IMG/VR virus record: IMGVR_UViG_3300031460_000087
Coordinates: 1-36,708 of that record
DNA length: 36,708 nucleotides
Source of the DNA: a virus
Lineage: Duplodnaviria; Caudoviricetes
Direction: 5' to 3' (one strand)
Part shown: positions 25,831 to 35,041 of the stretch, piece after piece
Numbering within the stretch: position 1 is the stretch's first letter
Layout: the number at the start of each line of letters is the position of its first letter
The notes under the pieces: generated by a model
What the model saw: only the letters and a program-made list of their open reading frames with translations
The model's database searches: none
What the model was told of the DNA's origin: nothing
Translations under genes and position numbers: made by a program

Positions 25831-26292
25831 ATGAGTGATACGGATATTGCAGCGCCCGCCGCCCCGGTCTCGCCACGTGCCGGCGACATGAGCATCTTCA
25901 TGCCGCACCGCCATTTCTGGATCGTTGGCGGCAGCGCGACGGCGGTGTGGTCGAGTGCGGCGTTCGGCGCCGTCCCGGTGACCGATCCCGACTATCTGGC
26001 CTGGCTCGATGCCGGGCATCGGCCCGATGCGGTCGGCTCGCTCACGGAAGTGGACGCTCGGCTGCGGTCCTACGGCCTGTCCACGTCCGGTCCGGTGCGC
26101 AGCGCTACGGTGAGCACGCTCCTCGACGCCCTCTCGACCTCGCAGCGCGCCACCATCGCGGCCGACCACATGAGCCGATTGGTGGCCCGCGCCCAGATCG
26201 GGCCTGTCGTGCTCGGTGACCCCAAGGTCAAGCGCGCCGCCGATGACATGCACATCACGCCAGATGCGTGGTTCACGCTGGCCGGGGCATGA
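25831..26292 (+). CDS. Tail fibre assembly/chaperone-like protein
   Basis: WIVGG...VWSS...V...D-x-x-Y-x-AWL pattern; follows the fibre gene. Confidence 0.6.
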   Translation: MSDTDIAAPAAPVSPRAGDMSIFMPHRHFWIVGGSATAVWSSAAFGAVPVTDPDYLAWLDAGHRPDAVGSLTEVDARLRSYGLSTSGPVRSATVSTLLDALSTSQRATIAADHMSRLVARAQIGPVVLGDPKVKRAADDMHITPDAWFTLAGA

Positions 26293-28178
26293 CGATGAAG
26301 CGCGCCATTATCGCGACCGTCCTGGCGCTCTCTGCATCCAGCGCGTGGGCACAGTCGAGCCCTAACTGGAGCTATGGCTTCGTCCCAACGGCCGGACAAA
26401 TCAATGGCGCGTTCGCCTCGAAACAGGACATCCTCGGCTTCGTCCCCCTAAATCGGGCCGGCGGCACCATGCTGGGCAGGCTGACCACGGCCCCGCCAAC
26501 GGTGAACGGTTCCGGCTTCAACCTGCCGCCCGGTACGACCCCTGGCCTGCCGAACAATGGCGATGTGTGGACGACCACGGCCGGCCTCTTTGCCCGCATC
26601 AACAGTTCCACGATCGGGCCTTTCGCGAGCACTGGTTCCTTCCTCGTTATCGGCAACGCCCTCTCGGAACTTGCTGCGGCGGGATTGCAGGCCGCGGCCT
26701 TGGCAAGTCTGGGGGGCGCTCCCCTGGCCTCGCCGGCCCTCACCGGTACTCCCACAGCGCCGACCGCTGCAGCGGGTACGAGCACGACGCAACTCGCCAC
26801 GACGGCTTTCGACGCCGCAGCGGTGTCGGCCGCACTGGCGACCGCCGCCAATGCCAATAACCTGACGGGCGGGACCGTGGCGGCGGCACGCATGCCGGCC
26901 TTTTCGGGCGATATCGCTACGGTAGTCGGTTCGACCATCGCTACGCTGGCGACCTCGGGCGTCACGGCAGGATCATACGTCCTGCCGACCGTAGCCTTCG
27001 ACGCCAAGGGGCGGGCCACCACGGCCAGCCAGGGAGCGCTCACCGGCGACGTCACCACCACGGCCGGTTCGCTCGCGACCACGATCTCACCCGGTGCGGT
27101 CGGCAACGCCAAGCTTGCCCAGATGCCGGCCGGCACCATCAAAGCCAATACGGGCGGCGCCCCGGCGAATGCTGCCGATGCAACGCCGTCCACCGTGCTC
27201 GACGCGGCGTTCGGTACGGCGCAAGGCTCCGTCCTCTATCGCGGTGCGGCGGCCTGGACTGCGCTCACTCCCGGCACGGCGGGGCAGTACCTTGCTACAG
27301 GTGGAGCAGGGGCCAACGCCGGATGGGCTACCCCGGCCGGTGCCGGAAACGTATCGACGTCGGGAACGCCCGTTGCCGGACAACTCGCGCAATTCGTCAA
27401 CGGCACGGCGGTGCAGGGCGATACTCCGATTCAAGGCCTGACGGCGCTCGGCCTCAACAACGCCGGGCAGGCCGGCTTCCGTAACCGGCTCATCAATGGC
27501 GGCTTCGCCATCAACCAGCGCGCCCAGGCGAGCGGCACGGCGCTGGCGGCTGCGGCCTACGGGCACGACCGCTGGAAGGCCGGAAGCGGCGGGCTGACGT
27601 ACACATTCACCCAAGCCTATCCGGCCACCACAATCACCATCACGGCCGGAAGCGCCGTGCAGGTCGTCGAGGCCGCGAATGTCGAGGGCGGCAGCTACAC
27701 GCTGTCGTGGACCGGCACCACGACATGCCGCGTGTATCAGACCGGAACGCCGCCCGCCCTCGCGGCCAGCCCCATCGTGGTTACGGGCTTCACGGCCAAC
27801 ACCGCGATACTCGTCGAGTGCGGATCTGGCCAGACCCAGACGCTCGGCACCGTACAACTCGAACCCGGCACAACGGCGAGCGCATTCGAGGCGCGACCCT
27901 ACGCGGCTGAACTGGCGCTGGCGCAGCGCTACTTTGAGCAGTTCACGGTGCCCTATCTGCAATCCCCCACCGTCGGCACGATGACGATCCCGTATTCGTT
28001 CAAGGTGCAAAAGCGGGTCGTTCCAACGGTAGTCACCGTCACGGCACCGACCTATACCAGCGCTTCCAACGCAATCCCGAACGGCGCATCGGTTGACGCC
28101 GTTGGCCTGCAATTCACGGCATCCGGGACCGGGGGCAACGTCGCCGGATGGGTTTTGTCGGCGAGCGCGGATCTCTAG
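26289..28178 (+). CDS. Second fibre-like protein with N-terminal signal-peptide-like sequence
   Basis: SPALTGTPTAPT...TQLATTAF fibre repeat, RNRLINGGF-x-INQR, DRW, QLE-x-G-x-x-A-x-x-FE-x-R...EL-x-x-x-QRYF motifs. N-terminus MKRAIIATVLALSASSAWA. Confidence 0.8.
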   Translation: MTMKRAIIATVLALSASSAWAQSSPNWSYGFVPTAGQINGAFASKQDILGFVPLNRAGGTMLGRLTTAPPTVNGSGFNLPPGTTPGLPNNGDVWTTTAGLFARINSSTIGPFASTGSFLVIGNALSELAAAGLQAAALASLGGAPLASPALTGTPTAPTAAAGTSTTQLATTAFDAAAVSAALATAANANNLTGGTVAAARMPAFSGDIATVVGSTIATLATSGVTAGSYVLPTVAFDAKGRATTASQGALTGDVTTTAGSLATTISPGAVGNAKLAQMPAGTIKANTGGAPANAADATPSTVLDAAFGTAQGSVLYRGAAAWTALTPGTAGQYLATGGAGANAGWATPAGAGNVSTSGTPVAGQLAQFVNGTAVQGDTPIQGLTALGLNNAGQAGFRNRLINGGFAINQRAQASGTALAAAAYGHDRWKAGSGGLTYTFTQAYPATTITITAGSAVQVVEAANVEGGSYTLSWTGTTTCRVYQTGTPPALAASPIVVTGFTANTAILVECGSGQTQTLGTVQLEPGTTASAFEARPYAAELALAQRYFEQFTVPYLQSPTVGTMTIPYSFKVQKRVVPTVVTVTAPTYTSASNAIPNGASVDAVGLQFTASGTGGNVAGWVLSASADL

Positions 28179-28181
28179 GCC

Positions 28182-28592
28182 ATGTACACGCTGCGCAGCG
28201 ACGGCTCGGTGACGCGCGACGCCGATGGGGCCACGATCCCGGCCGCTCCGGGCAACACGGACTGGCAGGCCTATCAGGCGTGGCGCGCGGGCGGGAATGC
28301 ACCAAATCCGGCGCCTGTCGTTCCCGTTCCCGTGCGGCGGGTCACCGGAACACAGCTCATGGCGGCGCTGGTCGATCTCGGCATCAAGGGGTTCTTCGAC
28401 CAAGCGACGACACTGACCACGAAGCCGCTCGACGCCTGGTACTATCGCGCTCTGACGCCGAACGACCTCTATCCCGAGAACAACGCCAAGCTCGGTCGGC
28501 TTTCCACCAAGGCGATTGCGCTTGGCGTAGCCGCTGTCCCGCCCGTGGTGTTCACGCTGGCGACGGTGTTCGACAAGGCCGTCACCGAGTAG
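28182..28592 (+). CDS. Tail fibre assembly protein
   Basis: V-x-R-x-x-DGA-x-IP-x-x-x-x-N-x-DW-x-x-Y-x-x-W-x-x-x-GN-x-P pattern. Confidence 0.7.
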   Translation: MYTLRSDGSVTRDADGATIPAAPGNTDWQAYQAWRAGGNAPNPAPVVPVPVRRVTGTQLMAALVDLGIKGFFDQATTLTTKPLDAWYYRALTPNDLYPENNAKLGRLSTKAIALGVAAVPPVVFTLATVFDKAVTE

Positions 28593-28613
28593 CGCGGGCC
28601 GTCTCTCCCGCAT

Positions 28614-28641
28614 CCCTTCCACCCCGTCCGGTTCCGGCCCT
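28614..28641 (+). repeat. 28-bp dispersed exact repeat, copy 1
   Basis: CCCTTCCACCCCGTCCGGTTCCGGCCCT, identical at 33268-33295. Confidence 0.9.
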
Positions 28642-28684
28642 GACGGGGGTTTCCGCACGCCGGATCACCACCAAGGATCATCCT

Positions 28685-29275
28685 ATGTCTTTCCTCCAGA
28701 CCATCCGTGACGACGTGAACAAGCTCGCCAACCACACGCTCGATCTCGGCAAGTTCACGGCCCAGATCGAGGCCAAGGTCGCGTCCGAGATGGAAGCCTT
28801 TAAGGCCGAAGTCATGGGCCGAGTCGACAAGATGCTGTCGGATCTCGAAACGAAGATCATGGGCGGCGTCGAAGCCCAGGCATCGCAGGCCGTCGCTGCC
28901 CTGGGCACCGAAGTCGCCAGCATGACCGGTGGTGCGGTTTCAGCCATGGCCGGCTCGGTGGTACAGCCGAATCCGCCCTCTACCGATCCGGTCCCGTCCA
29001 CTCCTGTCGTCACCACGGCAGGGTCCGCCACCGTGATCGTGGTGCCGGCCGCGTCGAGCACCCCTGGCATCGATCCGGCCACGGGCACCTCCGTCGCGCC
29101 GGGCACCACGGCCCACAGCGACACGTCCACGGGCGTCACCACGACGGTGCCTCACGACGGCAGCGCACCGACCGCCGTGGCGGCTTCCGGTTCTTCGGTA
29201 CAGCCCGAGATGGCCGTGGTTCAGGCTGCGGTCGCGGCGAGTGCGGCGGCAGGCGTGACGGTGGCGGCGGCGTAA
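28685..29275 (+). CDS. Hypothetical protein (coiled-coil N-terminus, Pro/Thr/Ala-rich C-terminus)
   Basis: ATG at 28685 after AAGGA; codon usage like neighbouring genes. Confidence 0.7.
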   Translation: MSFLQTIRDDVNKLANHTLDLGKFTAQIEAKVASEMEAFKAEVMGRVDKMLSDLETKIMGGVEAQASQAVAALGTEVASMTGGAVSAMAGSVVQPNPPSTDPVPSTPVVTTAGSATVIVVPAASSTPGIDPATGTSVAPGTTAHSDTSTGVTTTVPHDGSAPTAVAASGSSVQPEMAVVQAAVAASAAAGVTVAAA

Positions 29276-29279
29276 GGCG

Positions 29280-29315
29280 AATGGGCTGCCCTATCGCGAG
29301 GTGGGGCGGCTCATT
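29280..29315 (+). terminator. Long GNRA-capped hairpin, possible terminator or processing site
   Basis: AATGGGCTGCCCTATC-GCGA-GGTGGGGCGGCTCATT directly after the stop codon. Several G-U pairs and no clear U-tract. Confidence 0.5.
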
Positions 29316-29401
29316 CCGAGGCAGTAGCGTAATCCTCGGCATGCAGATGCGAAACGGAGATGGTCTATGCCTGAGATTTCCGGATCGTCGTGGGCCTTCT
29401 T

Positions 29402-29884
29402 ATGGCTACCATGACTGCCGTGATACCTCCAGCTCCCGCCTATCTCGCCGCCACATGGCGTTACGCGGGCGACGATTGGTCTGGATCGAATGCCCTCACC
29501 TATCAGGTGTGGACCACGCCGCCCGTTCCGGCGGTCTATGCTGCCGATGGCGTGACGATCGTGACCCCGGCTGTGGCGGGCGTGCCCTATAACCTCACGG
29601 GATGCGCAGTGTCGGGGACGCTGCGCTATACGCCGCGGCCGTTCGGTGCATCAGGCGCGTTCCCGTTCACCGGGTTAGCGACACCAACGGGATCCATCGT
29701 CGGTGCGCCGACCGCAGGCACCATCGCGCTGTCGGTCTTGCGAGGCACCACCGTCAGCATCCCACGCCAGGACATGAGCGGCTACGGCCAGCCTGGCACG
29801 TCGCTATTGCTGGCGCAGCCGATGATTACGGACGCGACGGGTATGCTGGTGACGGTGGGCGTGCAACCCGTGTGGGTGTTCTAG
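29402..29884 (+). CDS. Hypothetical virion protein (BppU-like Ig fold possible)
   Basis: GDDW...PYNLTG...G-x-I-x-LS pattern. Start uncertain (29390-29411). Confidence 0.55.
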   Translation: MATMTAVIPPAPAYLAATWRYAGDDWSGSNALTYQVWTTPPVPAVYAADGVTIVTPAVAGVPYNLTGCAVSGTLRYTPRPFGASGAFPFTGLATPTGSIVGAPTAGTIALSVLRGTTVSIPRQDMSGYGQPGTSLLLAQPMITDATGMLVTVGVQPVWVF

Positions 29885-29885
29885 C

Positions 29886-30365
29886 GTGGTCGCCGGTTCA
29901 GCTCTCTATCCACAGGGGATCGCGGGGGCCGCCGTTGGGCAGGCCTTGATCTCCGTGACCACCGCCGCCGAGCAAGGTCCGGCCGGGCCTCCTGGTGCTT
30001 CCGGCCCCATAGGTCCTCCAGGCACCGTTCCGGTCTACACGGCGGGTGCCGTGCTATCTGGCGACAAGGCCTTGATGTTCTCTGGCTCCGGCCTCGTGAT
30101 TCCGGCCGATCCGACCCAACCCGGCTACGTCTACGCCGGGATTGCTACGAACGCCGCGCAGTCCGGCGGCACGGTCGCGGCCGTGACGTCAGGCGACATC
30201 CAGGCGGCATTCTGGTCATGGGTCTCCGGGCTACCGGTCTTCGCCGCACCCGGCGGGAACCTGACGCAGGCGCCGCCGACGTACGGCCGCTCGCATCTCA
30301 TCGGATGGGCGATCGACTCCCACACGATCCACCTCGCCCCCGATCCCGTGATCCCGATCATCTAA
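29886..30365 (+). CDS. Hypothetical virion protein with short collagen-like G-X-Y run
   Basis: QGPAGPPGASGPIGPPG; G-x-LTQ-x-PP...IG-x-A cement-like C-terminus. Confidence 0.65.
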   Translation: MVAGSALYPQGIAGAAVGQALISVTTAAEQGPAGPPGASGPIGPPGTVPVYTAGAVLSGDKALMFSGSGLVIPADPTQPGYVYAGIATNAAQSGGTVAAVTSGDIQAAFWSWVSGLPVFAAPGGNLTQAPPTYGRSHLIGWAIDSHTIHLAPDPVIPII

Positions 30366-30375
30366 GGACATTCCC

Positions 30376-30876
30376 ATGACCATTCGCTTCGTCCAGCGCG
30401 TCGCCGGCGTGCTAACCGACTTGGCCGCCGCCGTGGTGGCGACCTCCAACTCCATCGTCGCCACCAACGCGGCCGGTACCATCGACCCGTCGTTCATGCC
30501 AGCGGGCTTCGGCGCCGACGTCGTGACCGCTACAGCGTCCGAGGCTTTGGCGGCTGGCGCCATCGTCAACCTGTGGAGCAACGCCGGCGCCGCTGCGGCT
30601 CGCAACGCCGACTCCGGCACCGGCGCTGCCGGCAAGAAGGCATCCGGTTTCGTGCAGTCCGCCGTGGCGTCCGGAGCGATCGCAAACGTCTACCGTACCG
30701 GCATGAATACAGGGCTCACTGGATTGACACCCGGATCTGACTACTACCTCGGCGCGTCCGGGGCCGTGACCATCACGCCGCCCTCCACGAGCGGTACGAC
30801 ATCGCAGTACGTTGGAACGGCAATTTCGGCGACCGTGCTCGACGTGCAGCCACAGACCCCAATCGCCATCAACTGA
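30376..30876 (+). CDS. Hypothetical virion protein (cement/fibre-like)
   Basis: ASEALAAG-x-x-VN, A-x-GFV, LTGLTPG-x-x-YYL, Q-x-VG-x-A motifs. Confidence 0.7.
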   Translation: MTIRFVQRVAGVLTDLAAAVVATSNSIVATNAAGTIDPSFMPAGFGADVVTATASEALAAGAIVNLWSNAGAAAARNADSGTGAAGKKASGFVQSAVASGAIANVYRTGMNTGLTGLTPGSDYYLGASGAVTITPPSTSGTTSQYVGTAISATVLDVQPQTPIAIN

Positions 30877-30886
30877 TCCCTGACCC

Positions 30887-31348
30887 GTGGCAAATCTTCC
30901 TGCACTCACGATCTCCTCCGGGCAGGTCCGCACCGCCACGGCGACCGACACCATCGTGGGAGCCGTCGGCTACGGGGCGATCCAGTCCCTCTCGCAGGCG
31001 CAGCAGGCGCAGGCGCTCTCAAACCTCGGCCTTGACGTCACCAGAGTCACGGCCAATCCGCAGTCCGGCGCCGCCTATACGCTCGCACTATCAGATGCGG
31101 GGGAGGTGGTCGAATGCACGTCGGCATCCGCCGTGGCGGTCACGGTGCCGCTGAACGCGACGGTCGCCTTCCCGGCAGGCACGGTGGTCGAGGTGCTGCA
31201 ATACGGCGCCGGTCAGATCACACTGAGCCCCGCCTCGGGCGTCACGCTCAGAACCCCGTCGAGCCTGACGAGCCGGGCGCAGTACTCGTCGCTGTCGCTG
31301 CGCTATCGCGGCAGCAACGAGTGGGTCGTTGGCGGGGATCTTACCTGA
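30887..31348 (+). CDS. Fibre-associated hypothetical protein
   Basis: QQAQA-x-x-NLG; YTL-x-x-x-DAG...VTVP-x-N-x-x-VAFP-x-GT...Q-x-GAGQ...W-x-x-x-GD motifs. Confidence 0.7.
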   Translation: MANLPALTISSGQVRTATATDTIVGAVGYGAIQSLSQAQQAQALSNLGLDVTRVTANPQSGAAYTLALSDAGEVVECTSASAVAVTVPLNATVAFPAGTVVEVLQYGAGQITLSPASGVTLRTPSSLTSRAQYSSLSLRYRGSNEWVVGGDLT

Positions 31349-32196
31349 TGCCCCGGCCCTTAATGTTCGGGCGTCGGAGCCTTCGCCATCGTCTTGCAGC
31401 CGTCGTTAGCTTAGAGGCGGTTCCCGGTATACTACGCGACTTCGACTTCACCACTTCCGCCATGATGTTGCCGAACCCGGTGGGAACCGGCCGCATCACT
31501 TCCGTTGCCGACACTGCAGGGTCCACGAACGCGCTCGCGCCCGACACAGGCCAAGGTCCCATCTTCGTCACGGCGTCCTCCTTTGGATCGGCCCGGGCGG
31601 CGATCCGGTCTGTCAATGGGGATGCCGCCGGCGGCAACGTTACGGGTGCCTATGCCCGGCTGTTCGGTAATATTCCGGAGTTGGTCGGCAAGCAGGATTT
31701 CGCGTTTTTCTTGACGAATAGCGTCAACAATGACCGGAACGACAATGGCCGTATCTTGTCCTTCGCTAGCGGCGGAAATCTTGATTACCAGACGGGCGGG
31801 TTCTTTATTCAGGTACCCGTCACTAACCGAGCCACGATAAGCCTCGCCTCAGGCAGCACCACTATGATAGGCGGAACCGCGCCACTGACGCACGACGTGC
31901 CCATGCTGTTGGCCGCCATCTGCACAACGGGCCAGATACAGCTTTGGCTAAATGGCGTCGCGGTCGGATCGCCAATTACTATGGGCGTAGTCGGCTCCGC
32001 CCCCATGATCGGCATCAGCCGAGCGGTCGCCCCCGACGCAAGTATCATCTTCGGGGACTACGGCGGCGCCGTTGTGTTGAACAACTCGCCGACCATGGCA
32101 AACCGCCAATACGTCGAGGGCAAGCTGGCATGGTCCGCCACCGGCGACGGCTCGCTGCTGCCTGTGGGCCATCCCTACAAATCCGTCCACCCATAA
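31348..32196 (+). CDS. Concanavalin A/LamG-like lectin domain protein
   Basis: Beta-rich, LWLNGV, R-x-x-VEG-x-LAW...LP-x-x-HPYK C-terminus; coupled start (TGATG). Confidence 0.6.
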   Translation: MPRPLMFGRRSLRHRLAAVVSLEAVPGILRDFDFTTSAMMLPNPVGTGRITSVADTAGSTNALAPDTGQGPIFVTASSFGSARAAIRSVNGDAAGGNVTGAYARLFGNIPELVGKQDFAFFLTNSVNNDRNDNGRILSFASGGNLDYQTGGFFIQVPVTNRATISLASGSTTMIGGTAPLTHDVPMLLAAICTTGQIQLWLNGVAVGSPITMGVVGSAPMIGISRAVAPDASIIFGDYGGAVVLNNSPTMANRQYVEGKLAWSATGDGSLLPVGHPYKSVHP

Positions 32197-32206
32197 GGAT
32201 CATCCC

Positions 32207-33208
32207 ATGTCGGTCCAGACCGAAGCCGACTTCCTCACTGCCGGGATCGCCTTGCTTCAACGGCGGCTCGTCCTTATCACGGCCCCGCCCGTTCCAGCGA
32301 AGAAGCGCGTCCCCATCGCCTTTCCTGGCGTCAACATCGCCAGCGCCGAATTCGCGTCCGACAAGCTGCCCGGCACGATGGGACAGACCTACCTCTATCC
32401 CGACGATTGGGTGATCACGCCCTGGGCCGCGAAGGGCATCAAGCTCATCCGCATCCCGTTCCTGATCGAGCGCGTCCAGCCTCAGAACCATGGTGAGTTT
32501 TCCGCTCCCGATATCGCGGCGCTGGATCGCATCGTGGCGACGGCGGCGAGTGCCGGGCTGACGGTCGTGCTCGACGCCCACAATTACGGGCAGCGCGCCG
32601 GGGCCAAGATGGACGTCGGGGACGCCCCCAACTTCTGGTGGCGGATGGCAACGCGCTACCGCGACGCCCCCCACGTCATGTTCGGCATTATGAACGAGCC
32701 CTCGGCCTGGTCTCCGGTCGACTGGCAGGTGACGCTGCGCAAGTGCGTCGCCGGGATCCGGGTCACGGGCGCGAAACAGACCATCATGGCGCCCGGCGCC
32801 GGCTGGAACGGGGGGCACGACTTCGTCGCGGGCGGCAATGCCGCCGCGTTCAACGGCTTCACCGATCCGAATTTCATGATCGAGGTTCACCAATACCTCG
32901 ATGGGGACAACTCCGGCTCGCACCTGCAAGAGTACGTCGCCGGCAAGGGAGCGACGGTGCTGGCCGACGTCACCACATGGGCGCGATCCAAGGGCTTCAA
33001 GCTGTTCCTGGGGGAGTTCGGCTTCGCCATGCCGGCCGGACAGATTGAAGCGACAGCGATGCTACAGTTCATGACGAACAACAGCGACGTGTGGACCGCC
33101 TATGCTGTCTGGGCGGCCGGCCAATGGTGGGGCGACTATGCGTTCAGCGTCGAGCCTGGCGTGACCGATAGGCCGCATCTGGCGGTCTTGCAGAGCTTCA
33201 TGGGCTGA
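32207..33208 (+). CDS. Glycoside hydrolase family 5 endoglucanase (cellulase-like)
   Basis: GVN-x-x-x-AEF, IRIPF-x-x-ERVQP, VLDAHNYG, FGIMNEP (acid/base Glu), EVHQYLD, FLGEFG (nucleophile Glu), WAAG-x-WW motifs. Confidence 0.93.
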   Translation: MSVQTEADFLTAGIALLQRRLVLITAPPVPAKKRVPIAFPGVNIASAEFASDKLPGTMGQTYLYPDDWVITPWAAKGIKLIRIPFLIERVQPQNHGEFSAPDIAALDRIVATAASAGLTVVLDAHNYGQRAGAKMDVGDAPNFWWRMATRYRDAPHVMFGIMNEPSAWSPVDWQVTLRKCVAGIRVTGAKQTIMAPGAGWNGGHDFVAGGNAAAFNGFTDPNFMIEVHQYLDGDNSGSHLQEYVAGKGATVLADVTTWARSKGFKLFLGEFGFAMPAGQIEATAMLQFMTNNSDVWTAYAVWAAGQWWGDYAFSVEPGVTDRPHLAVLQSFMG

Positions 33209-33264
33209 ACCGCCGGGTCTATGTGCTCATAGACGACAACCGCCGGGTCTATGCGTCCATAGAC
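33208..33264. repeat. Tandem 30-bp-period duplication, each copy with a GTCTATG/CATAGAC palindrome
   Basis: AACCGCCGGGTCTATGtgctCATAGAC gac AACCGCCGGGTCTATGcgtcCATAGAC. Confidence 0.85.
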
Positions 33265-33267
33265 CCG

Positions 33268-33295
33268 CCCTTCCACCCCGTCCGGTTCCGGCCCT
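33268..33295 (+). repeat. 28-bp dispersed exact repeat, copy 2
   Basis: Identical to 28614-28641. Confidence 0.9.
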
Positions 33296-33298
33296 CAC

Positions 33299-33499
33299 AT
33301 GCTCCAAGCCGACACATACACCTGTGCAAGCTGCTGGCGTGTGTTTCGGCTGGGCGATCCGGACCGCGCCGAAGCCGAAGCGGTGCGGACCTGTGCCGGC
33401 GTCGCGCCCGAGGATTGCTCGGTCGTGTGCGACGCATGTTTCCACGAGATCTGGCTCGACGTGTTCGGTACCAAGCCGCCGGGCGCCGTGCTGCATTAG
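33299..33499 (+). CDS. Small CxxC...CxxC zinc-binding hypothetical protein
   Basis: YTCASC...VVCDACF, 66 aa. Confidence 0.55.
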   Translation: MLQADTYTCASCWRVFRLGDPDRAEAEAVRTCAGVAPEDCSVVCDACFHEIWLDVFGTKPPGAVLH

Positions 33500-33542
33500 G
33501 CCAAAGCGGCTTCGATCTCGGCAGCCAATGCAGGAAACCCCC

Positions 33543-33752
33543 ATGACACCCGACCTCAAAGACAGCCTCGACACCGAGGCTTTCGCGACCGCGTGCGCAG
33601 CTGTTCCTGACGTCGATCCCGAGCGGTTGCGCGTCGCCATCGACAGTTATTGCGGTGATCTGCACCTCGCGATCCATCACGTCCACGCCGAAGTCGAGCT
33701 GACGCCCGAAGAAGTGCTGGACGCTTTCCGGCCGAAGACCGTGGAGTTCTGA
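33543..33752 (+). CDS. Small acidic hypothetical protein
   Basis: ATG at 33543 after AGGA; ends just before the endolysin start. Confidence 0.55.
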   Translation: MTPDLKDSLDTEAFATACAAVPDVDPERLRVAIDSYCGDLHLAIHHVHAEVELTPEEVLDAFRPKTVEF

Positions 33753-33755
33753 ACC

Positions 33756-34721
33756 ATGCCAGATTTCGCCAAGGCCCTTGCACTTGTCCTCAAATACGAG
33801 GGCGGCCGCTCCGACAATCCGAAAGACCCCGGAGGCCGCACCTGTCAAGGCGTGACGCAAACCACCTTCGATGCTTGGTGCTCGACCAATAGTGCGAAGA
33901 GCCGTGACGTTTTTGGCATCCTGCCTATCGAAGTCGAAGCAATATATCACAATCGCTACGCTTCGGCGATACACTTCGACGATCTTCCCGAAGGCGTCGG
34001 TTTCTGCGTCTTCGACGCCGCCGTGAACTCCGGGCCTCATAAGGCCGCCGAATGGCTGCAGAGGGCCGTCAACGTCCCCGTGGACGGCGTTGTCGGACCG
34101 GCCACCGTGGCGGCTGCTCAGAAGCAGGGTGCCTTCGCGACCATCAATGCCGTGTGCGACGCACGATTGGCGTTTCTACAGAGGCTGTCCACCTGGGCAA
34201 CCTTCGGCCACGGCTGGGGCTCTCGGGTGGATGATGTCCGCAAAAATGCGACCGCGATGGCTCATGCTGCGGCAACAGGAACCGCCACCCCTCAGCCGAT
34301 TGCGCTACCGTCGACATCCGCCGCCGTCACCGACGTCCGCTGGCTGCAGGAAACCCTGAGCGACCTCGACTATTACCGCGGCCCCGTGGACGCGGACTTC
34401 GGCCCATACACCGAGACGGCGGTCAAGGGCTTTCAGTTGGCTCACGGGCTCGTTGTGGATGGCGTCGTGGGTGACGCGACCAAGACGGCGATCGATGCTG
34501 CGATGGTGGTGAAAGCCGCTGCAGCGCCTCCGGCGCCATCTCCCGGCCTCGGGAGGATACCCGAGCCCCCGAGCCTTCTCCCGCCCGGCTTCATCGCCCC
34601 GAAAGCTCAGCCGGCACCCTACATCCCGCCCGCCGTGCCGGGGCCGCATCTCGTGCCGGCAGTGTCGCGACCAGGGTTCTGGGCTCGGCTCAAGGCGGCG
34701 CTGCAAGGGAAGGCCGCATAA
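33756..34721 (+). CDS. Endolysin: glycoside hydrolase family 108 with peptidoglycan-binding domains
   Basis: EGG-x-SD-x-P-x-DPGG-x-T, FDAAVNSG, WLQRA...DGVVGP-x-T, FG-x-GW-x-x-R; second PG-binding module LQ-x-x-L...D-x-DFGP-x-T-x-x-AV-x-x-FQ-x-x-HGL-x-VDG. Confidence 0.92.
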   Translation: MPDFAKALALVLKYEGGRSDNPKDPGGRTCQGVTQTTFDAWCSTNSAKSRDVFGILPIEVEAIYHNRYASAIHFDDLPEGVGFCVFDAAVNSGPHKAAEWLQRAVNVPVDGVVGPATVAAAQKQGAFATINAVCDARLAFLQRLSTWATFGHGWGSRVDDVRKNATAMAHAAATGTATPQPIALPSTSAAVTDVRWLQETLSDLDYYRGPVDADFGPYTETAVKGFQLAHGLVVDGVVGDATKTAIDAAMVVKAAAAPPAPSPGLGRIPEPPSLLPPGFIAPKAQPAPYIPPAVPGPHLVPAVSRPGFWARLKAALQGKAA

Positions 34722-35041
34722 TGACAGCACCGCTCCTCACCCTTACGCGCTACCTCGTTTCCTGGGGTTGCGTCTGGCTCGTCAATCACGGCTGGACCAT
34801 CGCCAATCTCGACGGCCCCAGCACGGACGCTGTGGCCAGCATCGTCATCGGTGTGGGCGGCTCGTTGTCCATGGCGGCCATCGGCATGTGGACGTCCACG
34901 GTCGACCGCGTCATGGCTCGCCTGCAGGCCCGCCACAAGACCGCGCTGGTAGCCGAAGCTGCGAAGGTGCCGGGCGTCCGCATCACAGCCCCCGCTGCGA
35001 TCGCCGATGCCATCCCGTCCGACAAGGTGGTGGCATCGTGA
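34721..35041 (+). CDS. Holin-like membrane protein
   Basis: Two hydrophobic segments, 106 aa, directly after the endolysin. Confidence 0.55.
   Translation: MTAPLLTLTRYLVSWGCVWLVNHGWTIANLDGPSTDAVASIVIGVGGSLSMAAIGMWTSTVDRVMARLQARHKTALVAEAAKVPGVRITAPAAIADAIPSDKVVAS

Noticed and set aside
24596-28592. Diversity-generating retroelement or invertible fibre cassette
   Set aside because: No reverse transcriptase, invertase, template/variable repeat pair or inverted crossover sites were seen in the window.
13915-28658. Long minus-strand ORFs (13915-15105, 22194-23540, 24239-25480, 27087-28658 and similar)
   Set aside because: They are antisense shadows of well-supported high-GC + strand structural genes.
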